This document shows positions 11,447 through 20,466 of a stretch of 64,000 nucleotides of DNA, piece after piece. The translations under genes and the position numbers were made by a program. The notes below the pieces were generated by a model. The model searched no databases and was not told the origin of the DNA. It saw nothing but the letters and a program-made list of their open reading frames with translations. How positions within the stretch are numbered: position 1 is the stretch's first letter; each line of letters starts with the position of its first letter. The DNA comes from Neptunomonas sp. (lineage in GTDB: Bacteria; Pseudomonadota; Gammaproteobacteria; Pseudomonadales; Balneatricaceae): NCBI GenBank assembly GCA_034110685.1, contig JAWUYS010000002.1, forward strand, positions 6,692 through 70,691, written 5' to 3'.

Positions 11447-12124
11447 ATGTCACAGTCTTTAGATACTAAACAGTCTGCCAGTGGTGTACAGGAACTCATT
11501 GATCAAATTCGAGAGAAGGGGGTCAATGAAGGGAAAACTCAAGGCTCTCGCATTGTTGAAGACGCTGAGTTACGAGCAGAATGGATTATTAAACAAGCTA
11601 AAGAAGAAGCTGAAACGATTAAGAAAGAGGCCGATTCAAATTACCATTTTGTTACAGAGGCGGGTAAGGGGGCGTTGGCCTTAGCCTTCAGGGATATAAA
11701 GTTAAAACTTAAAGATGAGCTATCAATACAGTTTTCAGAACAATTGCGAAAATTGGTTGAGAAGGAGTTGCAAGACCCCGAGACGCTCAAGTTATTGCTT
11801 ATTTCAGCCGTCTCCAAAATATCGATACCTGAAGAGCCGCAAGCTATTGTTTTACCTGACAGAGCAGTAGGTATCAATGAGCTGCGTGATGATTCCCGCT
11901 CTCTTGAGCAGGGGGTGTTGGTGGAGTTGGTCTCAGATACCGCTAAAAAAATGTTAACAAAAGGTGTCGATATACGTCTTGATAGCACTATAAACAATGG
12001 ATTTGTATTGTTGTTAAATGATGGTGAAATTACAGTCGAAGTAACAGATAAATCACTGTCAAACATGTTGCTAAAGCATTTACAGCCTCGTTTTAGAGCA
12101 ATTCTTGAAGGCGTGGTGAACTAG
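11447..12124 (+). CDS. ntpE: V/A-type ATPase subunit E (peripheral stalk)
   Basis: VQELIDQIREKGV followed by an A/E/K-rich coiled coil; C-terminal LKHLQPRFRAIL; operon context. Confidence 0.85.
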   Translation: MSQSLDTKQSASGVQELIDQIREKGVNEGKTQGSRIVEDAELRAEWIIKQAKEEAETIKKEADSNYHFVTEAGKGALALAFRDIKLKLKDELSIQFSEQLRKLVEKELQDPETLKLLLISAVSKISIPEEPQAIVLPDRAVGINELRDDSRSLEQGVLVELVSDTAKKMLTKGVDIRLDSTINNGFVLLLNDGEITVEVTDKSLSNMLLKHLQPRFRAILEGVVN

Positions 12125-12136
12125 TGGGCGAGGTAT

Positions 12137-12838
12137 ATGATGAGTCCTAATGTTAATGCAGATTATGTCGAGTTACTTTGCTCATTGCCTTATCTACATA
12201 ATCCCTTTGTTCGTCATCGGCCTCCCATTTCTGCTGTGCAGTTTAGAAAAAGATTAAAGATGCTCGACTTTGAGTCCCGCCAGTTAGTTGATGAGTTGGC
12301 GGGAACCTTTTATTGGGGATTACTTAAACTTGATGATACCGACGCAGAACTCGTGCGCAAAGCAACACGCATCATTGAGACGTTAGAGTTTGGGGATATT
12401 AAAAAGTGGCAGATGTGGAGAATGGATTTTCGTACTGTTATTACGGCTCTTCGGCGCAGGAAACAGGGGGTTGCTGCTCCGGATAGCAACGAATTGTGGG
12501 GGTATGGTCATTATGTAAGCCATATTCGTCGTCATTGGAGTCACCCTACGTTTAAATTGGAATCACGTTTTCCTTGGTTGTCTGAAGCAAAAGGTTTATT
12601 AGAGTCAGGGGATAGCTATGGGTTGGAGAGACACTTGATGACGACTGCGTGGAACTATTATTCGCGTCAGGACGCAGATAAACCCTATTCGCTTGCTGAT
12701 GTTTGGCTTTACGCTGCTAAATGGGATCTTGTTGATCGCTGGTGCTGTTATAACGCCGATGTAGCTAAACAACACTTCGAAGAGCTTGTTCAGGCTGGGC
12801 TAAAGCAACCAATGGAACAACTGAGGGTAATGGCATGA
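12137..12838 (+). CDS. DUF2764-like V-ATPase-associated protein (probable C/d-subunit equivalent)
   Basis: N-terminal Y..L..SLP.L...PPIS; lies between E and A as in the Chlamydia/Borrelia/Bacteroides operons. Confidence 0.75.
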   Translation: MMSPNVNADYVELLCSLPYLHNPFVRHRPPISAVQFRKRLKMLDFESRQLVDELAGTFYWGLLKLDDTDAELVRKATRIIETLEFGDIKKWQMWRMDFRTVITALRRRKQGVAAPDSNELWGYGHYVSHIRRHWSHPTFKLESRFPWLSEAKGLLESGDSYGLERHLMTTAWNYYSRQDADKPYSLADVWLYAAKWDLVDRWCCYNADVAKQHFEELVQAGLKQPMEQLRVMA

Positions 12839-14703
12839 GCCAGGAAATATCAGAATTAAATACTCTTAATGCCAGCGCGCGGGTTGTATCGGTTAGTGAT
12901 GATGTCGTTACCATTGAAACAATAGCCAAAGGTGTCGGAGAAACGGTTACTCCTTTGGTTAAAAATGAAGTTGTGTTTATTTGCCCACAGACAAAACCTG
13001 GTACTAAACAAGAAAAACTGAAAGCCGAAGTTCTCCGGGTAAGAGGGCACCGTGCCGACGTTCAGGTGTATGAAGATACAACGGGTGTTGCGATTGGCGA
13101 CCTTGTTGAACAAAGCGGGGAAATGCTTTCAGTAGAGCTTGGTCCTGGTTTATTGAGTCAGGTGTATGATGGGTTACAAAACCCATTACATCGCCTAGAG
13201 GTGATGAACGGGCGGTTTCTTCTTCGTGGTGAAGTGGCTGCAGCATTGGATCGAAATGCTAAATGGGCTTTTGTTGCCAAAGGCCGTGTAAAAGACCAGC
13301 TTAAACCCGGTGATGTTTTGGGTACGGTACAAGAAGGACGCTTTACTCATAAGATTATGGTGCCGTTTTTGCTTAGGGGAGCGCTCACTATTGAATGGAT
13401 TCAGGAAGGAACGTTTCCGGTTGAAACCGTTGTAGCAAGATTACGTGATGAAAAAGGCAGGCTTCACGACGTTTCTATGGTGCAGCGTTGGCCTGTACGC
13501 ATCCCTCTGCCAGTCAATCTAATCAAAGATGGCAGCAGTGAACGTAAATTTCCAACACAGCCAATCATAACCACGTTACGTCTTATTGATACGTTTTTCC
13601 CCATCGCTAAAGGTGGAACAGGGTGTATTCCCGGACCATTTGGTGCGGGAAAAACGGTTTTGCAAAACCTGATTTCTCGCTATTCTGATGTTGATATTGT
13701 GATTGTCGTGGCGTGTGGCGAACGTGCCGGTGAGGTGGTTGAAACCATAACTGAATTCCCCAAGCTTCAGGACCCTCATACCGGCGGTACGTTAATGGAC
13801 CGTACTATCATTATTTGTAATACCTCTTCGATGCCTGTTGCTGCACGAGAAGCTTCTATCTATACGGGAGTAACCCTTGGCGAATACTATCGTCAAATGG
13901 GATATGAGGTATTGTTGATCGCGGACTCTACTTCACGCTGGGCACAGGCAATGCGTGAAACATCGGGTCGGTTAGAAGAGATTCCAGGCGAAGAAGCGTT
14001 TCCTGCGTATTTAGAATCTTCCATTCGTAATTTATATGAGCGGGCCGGGGTTATTCGTACCAATGATAACAGTGAAGGCTCATTAACTTTAATAGGCACT
14101 GTTTCTCCTGCTGGAGGCAACTTCGAAGAGCCTGTGACGCAGGGAACCCTAAATACCGTTAAAACTTTTTTAGGGCTGAGTTATGACCGTGCCTACAAAC
14201 GCTTCTATCCGGCAGTAGATCCGCTGCAGTCTTGGAGCCGTTATACCGAACAGTTAACTCCTTGGTTTTTAGAAAATATGGGTGCATCTTGGTTGGATGG
14301 AGTGGCTCATATCAATCAGTTGCTGATTAGAGGTGATGAAATATCGAGAATGATGCAAGTAACGGGTGAGGAGGGTGTAAGCCAAGCTGATTTCGTGATC
14401 GAGCAAAAATCCACATTAGTGGATATGGTCTATTTACAGCAAGATGCTTTCGATGATGTTGATGTTTCAACGGATATAGAGCGACAAAAACACAGCTTTT
14501 CGTTGCTGGTCAAAATAGTTGATACCCAGATGGTATTTCAATCAAAATCAGATACGCGTCGCTGGTTTAGTCGTATGACTGACACTTTTAAGAATTTAAA
14601 TTATTCACAGATGAGCGGTGAAGATCACAAAAAGTATTTGGATCAAATCGGTTCATTATTAAAAGAATCTATTGAAAAGGCACCCGTAGCGGAAAATATA
14701 TAA
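12835..14703 (+). CDS. ntpA: V/A-type ATPase subunit A (catalytic)
   Basis: Walker A GPFGAGKT, CGERAGE, NTSSMPVAAREAS, DSTSRWAQAMRE, PGEEAFPAYL and VSPAGGNFEEPVT. Confidence 0.97.
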   Translation: MSQEISELNTLNASARVVSVSDDVVTIETIAKGVGETVTPLVKNEVVFICPQTKPGTKQEKLKAEVLRVRGHRADVQVYEDTTGVAIGDLVEQSGEMLSVELGPGLLSQVYDGLQNPLHRLEVMNGRFLLRGEVAAALDRNAKWAFVAKGRVKDQLKPGDVLGTVQEGRFTHKIMVPFLLRGALTIEWIQEGTFPVETVVARLRDEKGRLHDVSMVQRWPVRIPLPVNLIKDGSSERKFPTQPIITTLRLIDTFFPIAKGGTGCIPGPFGAGKTVLQNLISRYSDVDIVIVVACGERAGEVVETITEFPKLQDPHTGGTLMDRTIIICNTSSMPVAAREASIYTGVTLGEYYRQMGYEVLLIADSTSRWAQAMRETSGRLEEIPGEEAFPAYLESSIRNLYERAGVIRTNDNSEGSLTLIGTVSPAGGNFEEPVTQGTLNTVKTFLGLSYDRAYKRFYPAVDPLQSWSRYTEQLTPWFLENMGASWLDGVAHINQLLIRGDEISRMMQVTGEEGVSQADFVIEQKSTLVDMVYLQQDAFDDVDVSTDIERQKHSFSLLVKIVDTQMVFQSKSDTRRWFSRMTDTFKNLNYSQMSGEDHKKYLDQIGSLLKESIEKAPVAENI

Positions 14704-14724
14704 GAGTGTGATTGAATAACGTTC

Positions 14725-14792
14725 TTTATATAAAATTTACGGTTTATTGTTTTATAGATCAGTATGTTATGAAGCGGGCCGTAAGTTATAAA
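14725..14792 (+). other. Long imperfect G.U-rich hairpin downstream of the V-ATPase operon
   Basis: AATTTACGGTTT (14734-14745) pairs with GGGCCGTAAGTT (14776-14787); GTTTTATA (14749-14756) pairs with TATGAAGC (14768-14775). Confidence 0.4.
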
Positions 14793-14993
14793 TAAGTGAT
14801 TATTAGGATGGGTTTCTTTATAGGTATTGAAGATCGAACCTGAATCTTATTAAGCTTATATTCATTTTGTCTATTCTGACTGTTAAAGCTGTTATACAAT
14901 CGCCGACCTAATATAGGTTTGCAGCGTAAGCAGCCTTAATCCGATAGCTGAAAAGGAAAGCAGTTCTCGATAGTTGGAATAGTATTTAATTTT

Positions 14994-17888
14994 ATGTCAT
15001 TTCGAATAGACGCTCATTCAATACCCCGATATCAGACATGGGGCATGATGGGGGTCGTACTACTTTTATTGATCACCGTTTTTGGCTTTTTTGTTTCGCG
15101 TGAATATGCCGCGGATGATAAGCGTACGGCCTTGTTGTATCAGCAAATCTTGAACAGTCAGAAGGACCGTTTACGCACTGAATTAAGTTCAGCACAAGAT
15201 TACATTCGGTTTATGAGTCAGCAAGCTGATGCTGTGTTGATGCAGAACGTTAAAAACCAAGTGGATCAAGCTTATAGTGTTGCGGTATCCATCCATAAGC
15301 GTTTAAGCGGATCCCGTCCAGAGGCGGAAATACAGCAAGTTATTCGTGAGTCATTGCGTCACATCCGTTTTTCTAATGGGCGTGGCTATGTCTTTATTGA
15401 TGACATGGATGGTCGTTGTGTTTTGTTGCCCACTGCCCCGCAGTTAGAAGGCCAGTCTCTTTGGGACAACCAAGATGATAACGGGCTTTACATCATGCGC
15501 TCGCTTATTGATGCAGTGAAAAACCCCAGTGGTGCAGGCTATAGCCGCTATCGTTGGTACCCGCCAGGCAATACTGAGGAAATGAAAGAAAAGATTACCT
15601 ATGTGCGTCATTTTGAACCTTTTGATTGGGTCATTGGCGCAGGTGATTACATTTTTCAGACGGAAAATGACTTAAAGGATGAGGCCCTAAAGAGGATTTC
15701 TGCTCAACGATTCGGAAGAAATGGTTATATCGCTGTGCTTGATCTAGCGGGTAATGTTTTGTATACCCCCTATACCAGTGCAAAGTCACTTCCCGCGCAC
15801 TACAGCACATTCCTAGATGCTCAGGAGCGGCGAGTAGTTGGCGATATTATGGAGATAGCTGAGCAGGGCGGTGGTTTTACCGAATATGATTGGTTTATTC
15901 CAAATGGTGATGATAAGTCGGCTCAAAATTTAACGACAAAATTATCATTGGTTGATGTTGTTCCCTTGTGGGACTGGATATTGGTGGCTGGCGTATATCC
16001 TGAAGAGTTTCAGGAGATATTTCATATGCAGCAGAAAGAGTTGCAAGAGAAGCTTGAAGCAGATGCTTGGCTCTTATTATTGAGCTTGTCGTGTGCTGGA
16101 CTCTTTATGATGTTGATCGTTTGGATTTATGGGCAATGGCTTAAAAGATTGTTTTTGAGGTACAGCGCTGATATCGAATCTAAGCAAGAGCAAATTGAAG
16201 GCGATGCACGTTCTTTGAAAATTGCTTCTCGGGTGTTTGATACCGCTCGTGAAGGTATCATGGTTACCGATCCTGAAAACCGTATTGTTGCGGTAAATAG
16301 CTCTTTTACAGAAATTACTGGTTATAAAGCGGATGAAGTCGTAGGCCAGCTCCCTAGTTTGCTTGCTTCGGGACGTCATTCTCCCGATTTTTATCGTGGA
16401 ATATGGGAGGCGCTAGCAATATCAGATCAATGGAGTGGTGAAATTTGGAATAACACCAAGTCCGGACAAACTTTTCCAGAGCAACTCTCTATTTCTGTTT
16501 CTAGAGATGAGGTGGGTGCAGTTGTTAATTATATAGCGACTTTTAGTGATGTGACGGACAAGAAACGTGCTGAAGAGCAGCTTCGCTATTTGGCTGAGTA
16601 TGATGACCTGACAGGCCTGCCAAATAGACGGTTGCTCATGGATCGTGTTGTGCAAACCATAGCAAGAGCTAAACGTCATGAGTTGCGCCGTTTCTCTTTG
16701 ATGTTTATCGACCTTGATCGCTTTAAAAGTATTAATGATTCACTTGGCCATAGCGTCGGTGATTTAGTGCTTCAAGAAGTAGCTCAAAGATTACAAGGTG
16801 CGGTACGTGAAATTGATACGGTTAGCCGTATTGGCGGAGATGAGTTTGTAATTCTTGTAACAGGAAAGGGCAGTGATGCAGTTATTTCTGCAGCAAACTT
16901 AGCACACCGCCTATTAAAAATGGTGTCTGAACCGATACAAGATCAAGATCTGGATTTAGTGGTTACACCGAGTATTGGAATCGTGTCCTACCCCGCTGAT
17001 GGTGAAGATTTCGAGACCCTGCTACGTAATGCTGATGCGGCTTTGTATCATGCTAAGTCTCGTGGCCGAAATAACTACCAATTTTACGATTCTAAGATGA
17101 ATGAAAAAGCGTCAGCTCGTTTAAAATTGGAAAATGCATTAAGGCAAGCCATCGAAAAAGGAGAGATGCAGCTCTATTATCAACCGCAGTATAGGTTAGG
17201 CACGAATGAGCTAAGTGGCTGTGAGGTTCTATTGCGATGGTTTCACGAAGGAGAACTTATTTCTCCAAATGTGTTTATTCCACTGGCAGAAGAAACAGGC
17301 TTTATCTTGCCGTTGGGTAAGTGGGTGCTTGAAGAAGGCTGTCGCCAAGGTGCTGAGTGGTTGGAGAAAGGCGTAAATATGCCTTCGATTGCTATTAATG
17401 TATCTGCTTTCCAGTTTAGACAGGAGTTTTATCGTACGGTTGATAGCGTGCTGCGTCACACGGGTTTCCCTCCTGCCTTATTAGTTTTGGAAGTAACAGA
17501 AAGCGCATTAATGAGTGATGTCTCTAGAACTGAGTTTTTATTAACGCAGTTTCGCGAGTTAGGTATTCAAATAGCCCTGGATGACTTTGGAACGGGGTAT
17601 TCAAGCTTGGCATATTTAAAGAAATTCTCACTTGATAAGTTGAAGATCGATCGAGCTTTTATCGATGGCTTGCCGGACGATAAAGACGATATAGCCATTA
17701 CTTCATCTATTCTTGATGTGGCAAAGCACTTAGGTCTTGAGACGATTGCAGAAGGTGTAGAAACTGAAGCGCAATTAAACTTCTTGGAAGCCTATGGTTG
17801 TGATCAAGTTCAAGGCTTTTATTTCTCAAAGCCATTACCCCTTAATGAGTTTGAGCTGTTGATTAGTTCTGCTAATGACCAGTCATAA
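14994..17888 (+). CDS. Membrane sensor diguanylate cyclase/phosphodiesterase (tandem Cache-PAS-GGDEF-EAL)
   Basis: Two TM helices flanking two sCache-like repeats (GYVFIDD..GYSRYRW..K..Y..FDWVIGAG; GYIAVLD..GFTEYDW..WDWILVAGVY); PAS; REID I-site and GGDEF; EVLLRW and DDFGTGYSSL. Confidence 0.93.
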   Translation: MSFRIDAHSIPRYQTWGMMGVVLLLLITVFGFFVSREYAADDKRTALLYQQILNSQKDRLRTELSSAQDYIRFMSQQADAVLMQNVKNQVDQAYSVAVSIHKRLSGSRPEAEIQQVIRESLRHIRFSNGRGYVFIDDMDGRCVLLPTAPQLEGQSLWDNQDDNGLYIMRSLIDAVKNPSGAGYSRYRWYPPGNTEEMKEKITYVRHFEPFDWVIGAGDYIFQTENDLKDEALKRISAQRFGRNGYIAVLDLAGNVLYTPYTSAKSLPAHYSTFLDAQERRVVGDIMEIAEQGGGFTEYDWFIPNGDDKSAQNLTTKLSLVDVVPLWDWILVAGVYPEEFQEIFHMQQKELQEKLEADAWLLLLSLSCAGLFMMLIVWIYGQWLKRLFLRYSADIESKQEQIEGDARSLKIASRVFDTAREGIMVTDPENRIVAVNSSFTEITGYKADEVVGQLPSLLASGRHSPDFYRGIWEALAISDQWSGEIWNNTKSGQTFPEQLSISVSRDEVGAVVNYIATFSDVTDKKRAEEQLRYLAEYDDLTGLPNRRLLMDRVVQTIARAKRHELRRFSLMFIDLDRFKSINDSLGHSVGDLVLQEVAQRLQGAVREIDTVSRIGGDEFVILVTGKGSDAVISAANLAHRLLKMVSEPIQDQDLDLVVTPSIGIVSYPADGEDFETLLRNADAALYHAKSRGRNNYQFYDSKMNEKASARLKLENALRQAIEKGEMQLYYQPQYRLGTNELSGCEVLLRWFHEGELISPNVFIPLAEETGFILPLGKWVLEEGCRQGAEWLEKGVNMPSIAINVSAFQFRQEFYRTVDSVLRHTGFPPALLVLEVTESALMSDVSRTEFLLTQFRELGIQIALDDFGTGYSSLAYLKKFSLDKLKIDRAFIDGLPDDKDDIAITSSILDVAKHLGLETIAEGVETEAQLNFLEAYGCDQVQGFYFSKPLPLNEFELLISSANDQS

Positions 17889-17943
17889 TTATTTGATTGG
17901 CACTCTGAAATAACAGAGTATCCTGCATTGCTTTTATAATGAG

Positions 17944-18867
17944 GTGGTTATGCTGGGACGTTGGGTGCCTGTTGTTTCTCTTTTCTTAGCCATGTTGTTA
18001 TGGGCTAGCTCGTTTATCGCATTGAAAATAGCATTTTCGTATTATGATCCGATGGTCGTTATTTTCGGACGCATGCTGATAGCCGCTTTCTGCTTTATGT
18101 TTTTCCTTAAGTATTTAATGCGCTTTGAGTATCAAAAAGGTGATTGGCGATTACTCTTATTGATGGTGATATCAGAACCGTGCTTATATTTTCTATTTGA
18201 AGCTCACGCATTACAAAATACCAGCGCAGCGCAAGCTGGGATGATTACTTCTATGGCCCCGTTACTCGTTGGTATTGGTGCTTTGTATTTTCTTCGTGAA
18301 AAGCTTCCTAAAGAAGCCTGGTTAGGGTTTTCAGTAGCAGTTATTGGTGCTATTTGGTTAAGTTTATCCGGTGATGAGACGGAGCAGGCTCCTAATCCGT
18401 TACTCGGTAACTTTCTTGAGCTGTGCGCTATGGTGTGCGCTACAGGTTATACCTTGTGCCTTAAGCATCTGTCGCAGCGGTATTCAACGTGGTTTCTCAC
18501 GGCGCTACAGGCGTTTTGTGGGACGATATTTTTCATACCTTTTCTTCCGTTCACCGGTGAAGAGACTGTTTGGAATTTGCAGTGGAATTGGGATGGAGTA
18601 TGGGCTGTCTTGTATCTAGGGACTTTGATTAATATAGGAGCTTATGGGCTTTATAATTTAGGAGTCTCAAAAATTAAAGCTGCAGAGGCCTCTGCATATA
18701 TCAACTTAATTCCTGTTTTTACGTTATTGATGGCTTATCTGATTTTGAATGAAACATTTAATATTCAGCAAATATGTGCATCTGTTCTAGTCTTGGGAGG
18801 CGTATTTCTTAGCCAAAGAAAGGCGTTTGTTAAGGTTAAAGTAGCGGATACCGCAGCAGCTCAATAA
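17944..18867 (+). CDS. DMT/EamA-family transporter
   Basis: About 10 TM helices with a twofold repeat; LWASSF, LQNTSA and NLIPVF. Confidence 0.9.
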   Translation: MVMLGRWVPVVSLFLAMLLWASSFIALKIAFSYYDPMVVIFGRMLIAAFCFMFFLKYLMRFEYQKGDWRLLLLMVISEPCLYFLFEAHALQNTSAAQAGMITSMAPLLVGIGALYFLREKLPKEAWLGFSVAVIGAIWLSLSGDETEQAPNPLLGNFLELCAMVCATGYTLCLKHLSQRYSTWFLTALQAFCGTIFFIPFLPFTGEETVWNLQWNWDGVWAVLYLGTLINIGAYGLYNLGVSKIKAAEASAYINLIPVFTLLMAYLILNETFNIQQICASVLVLGGVFLSQRKAFVKVKVADTAAAQ

Positions 18868-18887
18868 GCAAGACGAAAAGCTTAGTC

Positions 18888-19445
18888 CTACTGTTTGATA
18901 AGCTGCTTTGGTGGCGCCTCTAATACAACATTATGCAGTGGGAACTTTCCAGCTTTATAGTCCTCAATATAAAATGTGAGTGCATTCTTGATGGTCTGAA
19001 AAGCCAGTTGATCCCATGGGATATCCTCAAAGCTGAATAACTGAACATCAAGTGACTCGATGCCGCTTGAGAACTCAGGCGATGGAAGCTCTGCGAGAAA
19101 TAACATCTGCACTTGGCTAGCATGTACTATGGATGTAAGTGTATAGAGGCTTATGATGTTGACTTCAGCATTGGCTTCTTCGCGAGTTTCTCGAAGAGCG
19201 GCTGTTTCAACGGACTCGTGGTTTTCCATGTAGCCTGCAGGCAGGGTCCAGTAGCCTCGTCGAGGTTCAATAGCCCGCTTACATAGTAGTATTTTATTTT
19301 TCTGATAAACAGGAAGGCAACCCGCAACAATGTTTGGATTGCTGTAATGAGTTATTTGGCAAAAGTGGCAGTTATGACGGGGCCTGTTATCACCTTCTGG
19401 TGTGTAATAAGAAACTTTGTTACCGCATTCGCTACAGTATTTCAT
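18888..19445 (-). CDS. NUDIX hydrolase with N-terminal zinc ribbon
   Basis: YCSECG..C..C and Nudix box GYMENHESVETAALRETREEA. Confidence 0.92.
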   Translation of the reverse strand: MKYCSECGNKVSYYTPEGDNRPRHNCHFCQITHYSNPNIVAGCLPVYQKNKILLCKRAIEPRRGYWTLPAGYMENHESVETAALRETREEANAEVNIISLYTLTSIVHASQVQMLFLAELPSPEFSSGIESLDVQLFSFEDIPWDQLAFQTIKNALTFYIEDYKAGKFPLHNVVLEAPPKQLIKQ

Positions 19446-19578
19446 TTTATCTCCCTGTTCATACTATAGTGTAGAAGTGAATACTCATGGTATTCAATAG
19501 TACGAAGAAGAATATGCCAGCGCGTTATCCTATTTATGTTGGCGCAGTACTATATAACGAGAGGATTTTTGGTGAAAA

Positions 19579-20175
19579 ATGATGTTAGATCAGCTACGAA
19601 AGCGGTTAAGTTGTTATCAGGCTCGCCGTTTTGACAGTCAGGAACCCCAAGCAAGTGTTCTGATAGCGCTTACTGATAGTCATGATCCACATGTGATTTT
19701 GACAAAGCGTGCGGCTGGGCTATCGACTCATGGTGGGGAAATAGCTTTTCCTGGTGGGCGTCATGATCTGACAGATCCTGACCTGTTGTTCACTGCGTTG
19801 CGCGAAGCTAATGAAGAAGTTGGCTTGCAAGCAGAAGATGTAGAGATATTAGCGCCGCTTGGGCAAGTAATGTCTAAGCATAGGTTGCAAGTTACGCCTT
19901 GGGTTGGCATTGTGCCGGAATCGGTGCAATTGACTCCAAGCCCAGATGAGATCGATAGCATATTTACAGTACCATTGCGTTTCTTTTTGGAAGATCATCG
20001 TCATCATACTGATGAAATTCGTTTTAAAGGGATGACGCATTTTGTGCCGGCATATGAATATGATGGCCATATTATTTGGGGGCTAACGGCTTATATGTTG
20101 ATAGAAATGCTGAATATAGGTTTTGATGCAAAAATACCTATGAAGCCTCGTCCAGAGCATGTGCATGAGTGCTGA
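19579..20175 (+). CDS. nudL: CoA pyrophosphatase (NudL/YeaB-like)
   Basis: LTKRA..LSTHGGEIAFPGG..ALREANEEVG and IWGLTA. Confidence 0.88.
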   Translation: MMLDQLRKRLSCYQARRFDSQEPQASVLIALTDSHDPHVILTKRAAGLSTHGGEIAFPGGRHDLTDPDLLFTALREANEEVGLQAEDVEILAPLGQVMSKHRLQVTPWVGIVPESVQLTPSPDEIDSIFTVPLRFFLEDHRHHTDEIRFKGMTHFVPAYEYDGHIIWGLTAYMLIEMLNIGFDAKIPMKPRPEHVHEC

Positions 20176-20220
20176 TGTGTGAATGTGCTAGTAAAGTTAT
20201 AGCTAAGAGTGTTTGTTGAA

Positions 20221-20406
20221 ATGAAAGAGCAAAGTAACCCCGTACGCAGCCCATGCATGGGCGTATGTGCTTTAGATGAAAACGATTTGTGTATTGCTTG
20301 TCGCCGTAGTGGTATGGAAATCGCTGAATGGGGTGTGCTGACGAATGATCAGCGCCGTGAAGTGATTAAGAAAATTGAGCGTCGTTATCAGGGCGAGATC
20401 TGCTAA
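20221..20406 (+). CDS. DUF1289-family small cysteine-rich protein
   Basis: SPCMGVCALD..CIACRRS..EIAEW; start placed at ATG 20221. Confidence 0.85.
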   Translation: MKEQSNPVRSPCMGVCALDENDLCIACRRSGMEIAEWGVLTNDQRREVIKKIERRYQGEIC

Positions 20407-20466
20407 GGGCAATAACAACAGGCTTTTATGAAGCATGATGTTATGCCTTATTATGTGAATATCTAC

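Noticed and set aside
7041-14788. TAAGTTA on both sides of the V-ATPase operon as a possible target-site duplication
   Set aside because: A 7-bp AT-rich match in AT-rich spacers is expected by chance, and there is no mobile-element gene.
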